This document shows positions 1 to 9,880 of a DNA stretch of 64,000 bases, piece after piece. Location: contig NC_083240.1 in NCBI RefSeq assembly GCF_032191835.1, forward strand, positions 25,482,001 to 25,546,000. Reading direction: 5' to 3'. The DNA comes from Heteronotia binoei. Taxonomy: Eukaryota. The notes beneath the pieces are model-generated. The model worked only from the letters and a program-made list of their open reading frames with translations, had not been told where the DNA came from and did no database searches. Made by a program: the position numbers and the translations under genes. How positions within the stretch are numbered: position 1 is the first letter of the stretch; the number at the start of each line of letters is the position of its first letter.

Positions 1-127
1 TGCACAGTGAACACCCAAGTGGGCTATGTAGCTCTTTTTGGCATAATTCTGTGCTAGAATAATCTGTACTTTACCCTCTACGTAGGAAAGAATATCTTTC
101 CTATGTATTCAAAAGGACAATACAGTT
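1..127 (+). ncRNA. SNORA22: H/ACA snoRNA SNORA22 homologue in CCT6A intron 3 (5' end at or just before the window edge)
   Basis: Starts TGCACAGTGAACACCCAAGTG, matching the recalled human SNORA22 5' end. H box AGAATA at 56-61, ACA at 122-124 followed by 3 nt. Lies ~150 nt upstream of CCT6A exon 4. Confidence 0.85.
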
Positions 128-274
128 TACATAGAATCATAGACATGTCATCTTGTAGCCAAGGTGATAAGCTTATCCAGAGACTCATTATTAAATTATC
201 TTCTCCGTTTTGCCAAGTAAGCCACTAAAAGTGAGGAGGAAACAGTCATATACTTTTGTTTGTTCTTGTGTCAG

Positions 275-3200
275 GGCTTGCACCCTCGAATAGTTACAGA
301 AGGGTTTGAGGCTGCAAAGGAGAAAGCCCTTCAGGTACTGGAACAAGTCAAAGTAACAAAAGAAATGGATAGAGAAGCACTGATGGACGTTGCCAGAACC
401 TCGCTTCGCACCAAGGTGCATGCTGAACTCGCTGATGTCTTAACGGAGGTAAGCGTTCGGGTGGCTTCAAATTTTCTCCTTTCTAAGTAATTGTGCAATT
501 TTCGTACTTTAAATGGGGAGGGGAGATGATGACCATCTGGGGAATGGGTAGAAGATGATGTTTTTATAAGACTCCTATTTCTTCCATCATCAGGCTGTAG
601 TGGATTCTATTCTGGCAATCCGAAAACCAGGCGAGCCGATCGACCTCTATATGGTTGAAATTATGGAAATGAAGCACAAATCTGAAACTGACACAACGTA
701 GGTACAAAACCTGTTTTTACAAGGAGCTTTTAGGCTGAACCTGGCTCTGTGCTGTGTTTCTGTCGTATTTACTCTTGTTTTTATTTCTATTTATTTTTGC
801 TTTTTAATATGTTGTTCTGAATTGTCTTTGGGGTGGAAATGGCAAGATACAGCATTTTAGAATGAAACACAAAGTTAATGTGATCATTGTTGAAAGATCA
901 ATGATAGAACTGCATTGCATATTTTAACCAGCCTTCCCCAACTCAGTGGGAAACATCAGTGCACTTAGATAGCTGTTAGTCTGAGCTCTCTTTAGCCAAA
1001 AGACGAGCTTTAGGCAGAACTCTTTGCTTTATCAGCTCAGCCAAGACTGCATTTTACTCAAAGCAGTTCCACAAGGCATTCAAAACAGGAAAGAGAATGG
1101 AAATCAAACTAGAAATATTTGTTTGAGAGCATGGGTGAATTCTGCATTGGCTTTTATAGTAGCTAATGGAGTCAGACACCATGCAAGAACAAAGTTCCTG
1201 TCTTGGGCATTCCTAATGGCATGCTGTGTCTCGGGCAGCATGCCTGCATCAAAAACAGGTACACAGCTGAATTCTCCACTGGGCAGCAGGAGCCAGCATG
1301 GTGGGAGGTGCCTGTGGCTGTGTATAAGAGAACTTCAATTCCTAAGAAAAGCAAACCATTTTTTACCAGGTTGATCAGAGGGCTTGTCTTGGATCATGGT
1401 GCTCGCCATCCTGACATGAAGAAGAGAGTTGAAGATGCTTTCATTCTTACGTGCAATGTATCGTTGGAGTATGAAAAAACGTAAGTTTTGGATGGGTTTG
1501 CAGACCTGGATGAGGTGCTCTTAAGGGGGTGGGTAGGATGGGTGTCTTGTGCAGTGGTTCTTTAACAGTACTTCTCTGGTCTCAAGAAATTCTGCAGTAG
1601 TCTAGCTCTACAAGCCTCCAATTCCTCTTATGCTGCATTAAGCCTTGATCCATTTCTTGCCTGTTCAAGCACTGGTTACGTAGTTTTAACATATCGGCGT
1701 CCAGATAATGTGGTTGGTTGCTGGTTTTCAGAGAAGTAAACTCCGGATTCTTCTATAAGAGCGCAGAAGAAAGGGAGAAGCTAGTGAAAGCGGAAAGGAA
1801 GTTCATTGAAGAGCGAGTGAACAAAATTATCGAATTAAAAAGAAGCGTCTGCAAAGATACTAATAAAGGCTTCGTTGTTATCAACCAAAAGGTAAGATTA
1901 GAGGCTTGTAGTTTGACCTAACTGGCTGCAAATGGAGCTTTTTCTGGTGTGGCAAGCTTAGTGATGTGCAGATGTCCATGAATCCTGTGAAATGCTTTGA
2001 GAAGGTCACCTCTGTTTTGACTGATAATTCAGCATTTCTTTTTCAGGGGATTGACCCTTTCTCCTTGGATGCCCTTGCAAAAGAAGGGATTATAGCTTTG
2101 CGCAGAGCAAAACGCAGGAACATGGAGAGGTTAGTGCTTAGAATTAAAACTTGTACAGAGTGACCACAGAACGGCATCCATTGATTATTCTGCTTATCTC
2201 TGCTCCCAAAGAGCTGTACCCAAGCTCTGGGGAAATTGTGCAGGGCGGCCCTATGAGCTTCACTTCTGTAAAGAGCTATCAGCTAGAGCAGGGATAGCCG
2301 AACTTGCTTAATATAAGAGCCACATAGAACGGAGTCAGATGTTTGAGAACTTCAAGACAAGGAATGAAGGCAAATAGATGGGGGAGGAAGGGGGAAAGAA
2401 AGCAACGTTAACTATAAATGCATTCTCCAAGCTGACAGATGGGGTGGTGGGGGCTTTGAGAGCCACACAATATGTGTGAAAGAGCCACAAGTGACTCCCG
2501 AGCCACAATTTGACCACCCCTGAGCAAGACAGTTTACAGGCCTGTTGATGTAGTTTTTTGAAGGAAAGTGCTTCCAAGTCCTCTTCCTGTAAATCATCTG
2601 GCAACACCCAGGATGTATGCAGTACTGTTCAGTAGCCCAGCCTGGATTTCCTCCTTGCCTGACACAGAACAGAACATTGGAGGGAATCCATCCTGCGTGG
2701 GATATTTCTGCCATGACTGCAGTGTATACAGCACACTCAGTGATGCGTTTGGTCTTCAGTTTGTCTCCAGTGCTTAGCTTCCCTCCCGCCCCCGCCCCGG
2801 TGCTTTCCCCCCCTCTCATGTGTACCATATTCATCCGCCGTGTTCTTTGAATACTAAAGTTAATGTGACTTTTAATGGGAGAATGGTGTTATAAAACACA
2901 TTGGAACTGGGATGGTTCCTCCCTCCCTCTGTCATTTGGGATTGTTGCAATGCTAAGAAATGTGGGCTCTCTTCTTCCCCTTCCAGGTTGACTCTTGCTT
3001 GTGGTGGTGTTGCTATGAATTCAGTAGACGACATCTCTGTTGACTGCCTGGGACACGCAGGCCTTGTGTATGAATACTCACTGGTAGGTGTAGAAACATT
3101 TCTCTCCTTTTTTGTTTGTTTTGTCACAGCTGGCTTCCAGTGGAAGCACTGTGAATCCAGCTATACTGTTGCTCAACGAATATGCGGGGTGAAACTTGTC

Positions 3201-6078
3201 AGCATTTTGTGGGATCAGCAATGACTATTAGCTCCCTAGATTCTTGGAAAAGAGTTGCAGTGGTTTTAAAATAGCGGCTGAATGGCAGATCAGCAGATGT
3301 TTTGTCAGCCACCCTTTTGGATTTTTTTCTGTTCCTCAATGAATTGGAGGAGGCAGCTCAGCCAGTAGCAGTATGCAATCAGTGGTCTGCCTTTGTATCT
3401 GCATCTGCGATGCTCAGGTGTCCTCTTGCTCCTTATCTTTGTACAGGGTGAGGAGAAGTACACCTTCATTGAAAAATGCGACAACCCTCGTTCTGTGACA
3501 CTGTTGATCCGGGGCCCCAATAAGCACACTCTGACGCAAATCAAGGATGCCATCAGAGATGGGCTTCGTGCTGTCAAAAATGCTATTGAGGATGGTAAGT
3601 GAGAACATAAGATCAGGCCAGTGGCCCATCCAGTCCAACACTCTGTGTCACACAGTGGCCAAAACCCCCCCCGGCACCATCAAGAAGTCCATCAGCAGGG
3701 CCAGGACACTAGAAGGCCTCCCACTGTGCCCCCCCCCCCCCCCAAGCACCAGGAATATAGAGCATCACTGCCCCAGACAGAGAGCTTCAACAATACACTG
3801 GCTAATAGCCACTGATGGACCTCTACTCCATATGTTTATCCATTTCCCTCTTGAAGCTGTCTATGCTTGATTAGAAGTGCCTCCTGAAATGTCAGTAGTG
3901 CTGATACAGCTGGGACACTGTTTTAAAGGGGAAATGAATTTGTCTGTAAAACTGCTTGCTATCCATGATCGTGGTGCTGCACCATTCATGTTGGCAGTTG
4001 CATCGTGGTTACAAGATGTTAAGTATTTGTTTTAAACTGGCCTGCTTTCTGTTCGTGGAATTTCAAAGCAGTATACTATAGGAATCATCCCAGGAGGTCT
4101 CTTATCTCCTGGGTGGTTCCTCTAAATAAATGTATGTCCTCTTAAGTTTTTGTACTTAAAATGATAACTCCCAGCAGGCTGAGCCACTGAAGACTTCCAC
4201 TATGCTCAGGATTGAATTTGTGCATAACAGAAGCCTTGTGTGTTTTCTGGGTCTCATGCAGCCAGTTTGATGATTGTGGTGTCCTTTCATAGGCTGTGTA
4301 GTACCAGGTGCTGGAGCAGTCGAGGTGGCTATTGCTGATGCTCTTGTGAAACACAAGTCCAGTATCAAAGGAAGGGCCCAACTTGGGGTGCAGGCTTTTG
4401 CCGATGCTCTGCTTATCATCCCTAAGGTATGAGACTTTGACAAATACTAATTCTCTTGCTCTGAAATGCAGGGGCTCGGGGGGATACAATACCCTAGAAG
4501 GGCTCAGTCTGAAAAGTGTGATGCAAGTGTGGAGTGGAATGTGAAATGCCTGATAGGCTTGTGCATATATTAGTGCCATCAAGTTGCAGCTAACATTGCA
4601 TGGCATTGTGTGTAGAATAGCCAGGAGATCCTAAGATTGTCTGGCAGCCAGAAGTTCTAGCTCGCTTAGCATTACATACTACTAGGTGTTGAGTTAGACT
4701 TGTTTCTAAGGCAAGAGATGTTCAGAGGTGGTTTGCCATTGCCTGCCTCTGCATTACACCCCAGGTATTCCTTAAAGGTCACCCTGCTAAATACTAGAGG
4801 CTGACCCTGCTTAGCTCCCAAGATCTTACAGGAGCAAGCTAGCCTGGACTACCCAGGTCAGGATAAGTTTCAACTGACATGCAGCAACTCCATAAGATTT
4901 TCAAGGCAAGAGATGTTCAGAGGTGGTTTGCCATTGCCTGCCTCTGTACAGCAACCCCACCTGGTATTTGGTGGTGTTTCTTCTATATACTAACCTGGGC
5001 TGACCCTGCTCAGCTTCTGAGATCAGGCTAGCTTGGGCCATCCAGATCAGGACTGATGTATTTACATGCTTTAAACCTGCTGGTATCATGTGGTTTAGTT
5101 GTTTACAATGGACATGGAAAGTGACAGATTACTTGAGCAGTGGAAACAGTGCCAGTGAAGCTAAAGCATTTTGACTTCTTTTGATTCTGTCAGGTTCTTG
5201 CTCAGAACTCAGGCTATGATCCTCAAGAAACACTTGTGAAAGTTCAAGCGGAATATGCTGAGTCAGGACAACTCGTCGGTGTTGATCTAAACACTGGTAA
5301 GGGTGCAGAAAAGTGTGTGTGTGGTTTCAGGCTGAATAAGACTTTACAGCGGACTGTGATCAAAGCTAAATTGGACAATTGAAATGTTATTCATTTTACT
5401 GAGTAACTGCGGACCCCTTGTGTGTTAACGCCCCCCCTCCCCCCCAAACCTCACGCAAACTTTGAAAACAAGCAACCGGCTTGGATACATACCAGAGAAT
5501 GGGCATATATCCTGGTTGACCTGCTGGTCTGGTTGCCTCCATGGAAATCAGTGGAACCATACTGAAGTGTTTTGGAGTGTGAACAGCTTCTGCAGCAAGT
5601 TTCTTTATTGGATAACTGAACCAAACCAAGCACAACAGTTGTTGAGAACAGCATCTCTTGTGATTGCAGGTGAGCCAATGATGGCAGGAGCCACTGGAGT
5701 CTGGGATAATTACAGTGTTAAAAAGCAGTTACTTCATTCATGGTAAGCTAAACACAAAGGAACTTTTAAATAGCACTAACTTAGAAAGAGGTACCATCTG
5801 TATTGCAGGCCAGCTGTTAGGCTGGTAGACGTGTGTGTGTGTTTCCTTTGGGGTAGTAAGTGTTTCTCTCTGAATTGCAAAAAAAGAAAGTCCCAAACCA
5901 TCTGAGAACTCTGGACTGCTTCTAAAGGATGAAGGAGTGTGTGTAATGGTTGGGTTGAGTCCAACTGTACAACTAATATAAACTTATCTGTTTTTCTTTT
6001 TTTAGCACCGTGATTGCTAGCAACATTCTCTTGGTCGATGAAATAATGCGAGCCGGAATGTCATCTCTCAAAGGCTGA
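275..6078 (+). CDS. CCT6A: T-complex protein 1 subunit zeta (CCT6A), exons 4-14; exons 1-3 lie upstream of the window
   Basis: Exons: 275-448, 594-697, 1370-1480, 1732-1891, 2047-2129, 2987-3083, 3447-3594, 4293-4426, 5194-5296, 5670-5742, 6006-6078 (TGA). Total 1260 nt = 419 aa, [19 protein letters not shown]...[16 protein letters not shown]...VVPGAGAVE...[11 protein letters not shown]. All introns GT-AG with consistent phases. AATAAA at 6288-6293. Confidence 0.98.
1129..1266 (+). ncRNA. SNORA15: H/ACA snoRNA SNORA15 homologue in CCT6A intron 5
   Basis: GCATGG...CAGACACCATGC 5' hairpin as in the recalled human SNORA15. H box AGAACA at 1186-1191. 3' hairpin CCTGT/ACAGG and GGCATGCTG/CAGCATGCC. 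ACA at 1261-1263. Pocket GAATT + TCAGACA is complementary to 18S rRNA UGUCUGG-UU-AAUUC, 14 nt from the H box. Confidence 0.85.
2289..2522. mobile_element. Non-autonomous hAT-like element (CAGGG...CCCCTG termini)
   Basis: Terminal inverted repeats and a degenerate 8-bp TSD (AGCTAGAG/AGCAAGAC). Related copies at ~11631-12062, ~36727-37000, ~39021-39257 and 63360-63664. Confidence 0.7.
3603..3870 (-). mobile_element. CR1 LINE 3' fragment
   Basis: AACATAAG...CCCATCCAGTCCAACACTCTGTGTCACACAGTGGCC...GCCACTGATGGACC. The same sequence occurs in the opposite orientation at ~53610-53830 and 54360-54485. Confidence 0.65.
4700..5052 (-). mobile_element. Two tandem 5S rRNA-derived SINE copies (5S-Sauria-like)
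   Basis: The reverse complement contains a 5S-like head (GATCTCAGAAGCTGAGCAGGGTCAGCCCAGGTTAGTA) plus the tail GAGGCAGGCAATGGCAAACCACCTCTGAACATC. Other copies at ~6788-6945 + 7263-7306, ~18335-18440, 24640-24828, ~50570-50710 and ~62170-62370. Confidence 0.65.
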
Positions 6079-6961
6079 GCTCCAGTGAGCACTTGTACCC
6101 TGCATCTGTAAATCTAGTACAAGGCCATGTCCAACCCCTGCCCAGCATCCAGCTTCAGAGTAACAGGAGGAGTTGTCTCTTTACCTCTTCAGGAGCTTGG
6201 CCACCCATGCTTCTATTCTGAAATTGGTTACTATTTATTTTTTACATGCACTGAACTAGTACATCTGAAGTTACTGTCTTTCTACCCAATAAACAGTTCT
6301 GCTCTTGGCGTAGGCTGCAGCGTCATTTTTATCTGAGCTTTGATTTTAAGAGCGGTGTCTGTTGGTAGGAGGAGGTAGGGAAACCGGAGAGCCAATAGTG
6401 TCAGCTCAGCTTGGTCAATAAGAGCTTATAGAGCCTTAGTTCTCCATAATTTTTGTGTGTAACAGTCATGCCACAGCTGACTTTCTGTAGAAAGGAAGTG
6501 TTTTGTTTTCTGAGCTCTTAGGCCTAGAGAGGGTGGGTGGGTGGTTTAGAAGGGCATTTAAAAGGGTTTTTTTTTCTGCCATCCATTATTATTCTCCATT
6601 TGAGCATGTTCTTTTACCTGGCTCTGCCTGCAGGGAGATAGAAGTCTGGAAATGAAACACGCACTGTATTGGTTCTGCTTTCAGCCCTTAGGGCAGCATA
6701 TGCAGTTATTCCCATGTCTCTGTGATAGGAGAGAGGGAAGGCCTGAGGTCACCCAATGAATGTCAGAGACTTAGATCCAAGACAGTCATTCTGGTGGTGG
6801 AAAGTGCTGTTAAGTCACAGCCGACTTACATTGACCCCTTATGGGGTTTTCAAGGCAGATAAACATAGGTGGTCTGCCATTGCCAGTCTCTGTAGCAACC
6901 CTGGACTTTCTTGGTAGTCTCCCATCCAAGTTCTAACCAGGATGCTAAGTCTGGATCAGTT

Positions 6962-7262
6962 CCGTAGGGCCTGCAAGACTACTCTTTTTAAAATGGCCTT
7001 TGCTTCAATATAGACCCCAAGACAGACAGACCTGCTGTAGACATATCCAGCCACCAAAATCTCACTGAGGAAAATCCGAGATATAGCACCGTAAATGTTA
7101 ATTTTAATTGTTACTGATGGTTTTATTAATGAATTATGTATTTATCAAATTGTGCTGATGTTTTATTATAAATTGAATTTATATGTTGTGAGCCGTCCTG
7201 AGCCTGCTTCGGCGGGGAGGACGGGATATAAATAAAATGTATTATTATTATTGTTATTATTA
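6962..7262 (+). mobile_element. L2 LINE 3' end inserted into a 5S-derived SINE
   Basis: Ends GTGAGCCGTCCTGAGCCTGCTTCGGCGGGGAGGACGGGATATAAATAAAA plus an (ATT)n tail. The two halves of a 5S-type SINE flank it. Similar L2 ends at ~28383-28840, ~48670-48890 and ~51770-52010 (-). Confidence 0.65.
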
Positions 7263-7436
7263 ACTTCCAAGATCTGATGAAATCAGGCTGGGCCATCCAG
7301 GCCAAGGTGCAGTCATTACCCTCCTGGTATGCCTAGGTTAGTATAGCTTTTAACTGGATTTGCTGAGAAAGGATCACTTCTTCATTCTCTCGTCATTCAT
7401 CCAGCATGATGAGGATAGCAACAATCTTTTCTCTAC

Positions 7437-8015
7437 CACTTTAGGACTGACTGATTTGACCTTGCAGTCCAAGGGACTCTCAAGAGTCTTCTCCAGCACC
7501 ACATCTCAAAAGCATTTATTCTTCTGCACTCGACCTTCCTTATGGTCCAGCTCTCACAGCCATACATTACTACTGGGAATACCATCACTTTGACTATACG
7601 GACTTTTGTTGGCAGGGTGATGTCTCTACTTTTTATTATACTGCCCAGGTTCGTCATAGCTGTCCTCCCAAGGAGCAAACGTCTTTTAATTTCATGGCTA
7701 CAGTCACCATCTGCAGTGATCTTGGATCCCAGAAATGTGAAGTCTGTCACTAATAACATGTCTTCCCCTTCTATTTGCCAAGGAGTGATGGGGCCAGATG
7801 CCATGATCTTAAGTTTTTTTGATGTTGAGTTTCAAGCCTACTTTTGTGCTCTCCTCTTTCACCCTCAACAACAGGTACTTTAGGTCCTCCTCACTTTCTG
7901 CCTTAGAGTAGTGTCATCTGCCTATCAGGTTGTTGATGTTTTTCCCAGCAATTTTAATTCCGGCTTGTGCTTCATCCAGGCCAGCATTCCGCATGATGTA
8001 CTCTGCATATAAATG
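7437..8015 (-). mobile_element. BovB (RTE) LINE reverse-transcriptase C-terminal fragment, frameshifted
   Basis: Translations YAEYIMRNAGLDEAQAGIKIAGKNINNL and MASGPITPWQIEGE...DFTFLGSKITADGDCSHEIKRRLLLGR...VFPVVMYGCESWTI...FEMWCWRRLLRVPWTARSNQSVL are diagnostic of BovB ORF2. Confidence 0.92.
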
Positions 8016-8997
8016 AACTTTAGGGTTAGTAATGCAGTTTAACAAATATGCAAACCATGCATCCTTCAGCCATGTTTGCTCTCCAGTTGGTTCCGTGGAG
8101 AAATTGTACAGAATGTCCATAGTACTGGGTTTTGTATGGAATTGGTCAGTAGCTTTAATTTCCTATGAAAGGCAGATGTTTCTACAATTCAGGCCAGCGT
8201 GTATCAGGTGCTACACTGGTGCATTTGATGGCAGGCTATCTCAGCAGAAAAGGTAAGCATGTCCTACCTCTAGGTTTATTAGGGCATTTCTAAGTAACAG
8301 GCTGGCTCTGGGATGAGAACCTCTTTAAGGCAAATCCACAGCTCCAAGCTATGGCTCAAGATTTAATTCCTGCATCTGTCAAAAGCATTGGGGAGCTTCT
8401 CTGTGGGGCTGAAAGAATGTTCCGTATCTCTGATGGGTCAGACCAAAGTAAGTGTAGGCTGCTGCTATCCAGTTGAGCCAAACCAAAGGCCAGGGATATA
8501 AGGCAGACTCCTATCCAGACTTTGTGGGAGACTCCAGAGGGTATTCTTCCCCTACAGATACTTCACTTTCAGAGCTAGAAACTCCACTTAGCTCCAAACA
8601 CTCCCAAGGTACAAAGAGGAAAGAATTGTGGGGGGTGGGGCTCCCATGCACATATTACTGAGCCAGGTTCATTGGGCCCAATGAGATATTTCTGATTTTT
8701 AAAAGGATTGGACCACATACCTGAATTTCTACACAAATAGACTGTTAACAGCAGAAATCAGTTTTTTTAGGGTTGCAAAGCTCCAAGTGCTGCTTGGAGA
8801 TCTCAGTTACAACTGATCTCCAGATGATAGAGCTCAGTTTCCTTGGAAAAAATGGCTGCTTTGCGGGGTGGACTCCTCATATATCGAAGTACCCCCTCCT
8901 CAAATCCTGTCTTCCCCAGCCCCACCCCCAAAATCTCTGTAGTCCCTTACCCAGAGGTATCTGCCCTTGCAATGCTTCAAAGATGAGCAAAATATAA

Positions 8998-9265
8998 AAA
9001 GGTAAAAGTAGTCCCCTGTGCAAGCACCAGTTGTTTTTGACTCAGGTGCCGTTGCTTTCACAACGTTTTCATGGGGTGCTTTGCCATTGCCTTCCCCAGT
9101 CATCTACACTTTCCCCCAAAAAGCTGGGTACTCATTTTACTGACCTCGGAAGGATGGAAGGCTGAGTCAACCTCCAGCCAGCTACCTGAAACAGCTTCCG
9201 CTGGGATCAAACTCAGGCTCCGACTGCAGTACTGCAGCTTTACCACTCTACGCCAGGGGGCTCTG
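8998..9265 (-). mobile_element. Sauria SINE (Squam1-like)
   Basis: AAAGGTAAAAGTAGTCCCCTGTGCAAGCACCAG...GCTGGGTACTCATTTTACTGACCTCGGAAGGATGGAAGGCTGAGTCAACCT. A second copy lies at ~12182-12400, with tail fragments at ~55740-55795 and ~57965-57995. Confidence 0.8.
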
Positions 9266-9379
9266 AGCAAAATATAGATCACTATAAACTTGTGGATCAG
9301 GGCCCGTTTGGATGCAATGGATCCTCATTATTCAGGGTCTTGTCTTGTTTTAAATACAGGAATTATGTTTTTGAAAGGC

Positions 9380-9880
9380 GGGCTTAAGGGCCCGTGAAAT
9401 GCAGACATACAAAATTCAGATTGAATAAAAGCAACGGGATCCGTTCATCAGATATACGCATCTAATGCAAATAAATGCATTTATTTCCGAATAAGAGGGC
9501 GTAAAAAACGGCGTGCTTTTCGGATTTTCATTTACTCCTCCGGCCGTCCCCATTCCATGCACGCTTCGCTGGGAGTAAGCAATACTGACCGCAAGGGGGC
9601 TTTTTGTCGAGTAAGCGCGCCCAGGGGCTGGCTGCCGTCGGGATAGTGGGGCGGAATCTTCCCACGTGTGCAACTTCTCCTGTCTTGGCCCCGGAAGCGA
9701 TTGCCTGGCTGATGTCGCTCAGCTACGCTGGCGTTTGCAACCGCGGGAAGGAGGAGGGGAGCTGTAGCGGCTGCTCTTTTGCCCATGCGATCCTGCGCAG
9801 CTCTGTCCGGGCCGCTGCTGGCCCTCCTGCTTCCTACGTGGGCCCTAGCCGGCGCCAGCTCCAAGCAGAAGGGTGAGTCG
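9380..9880 (+). promoter_or_regulatory. CpG-island promoter / first exon of SUMF2
   Basis: Sharp local rise in CpG and GC content against a CpG-poor background. GC box GGGGCGG at ~9649-9655. Overlaps the SUMF2 ATG. Confidence 0.75.

Noticed and set aside
2590-2733. Hairpin cluster with AGAACA and ACA in CCT6A intron 8
   Set aside because: Box spacing is non-canonical, several alternative folds compete, and no target is evident.
4555-4679. Two hairpins with AGAATA (4614-4619) and ACA (4674-4676) in CCT6A intron 11, resembling an H/ACA snoRNA
   Set aside because: No bipartite pocket 14-16 nt from either box and no recognisable family. Only an Rfam or snoReport run could rescue it.
5471-5640. 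Structured segment ending ACAGTT in CCT6A intron 12
   Set aside because: Could not assign an H box and two-hairpin architecture.
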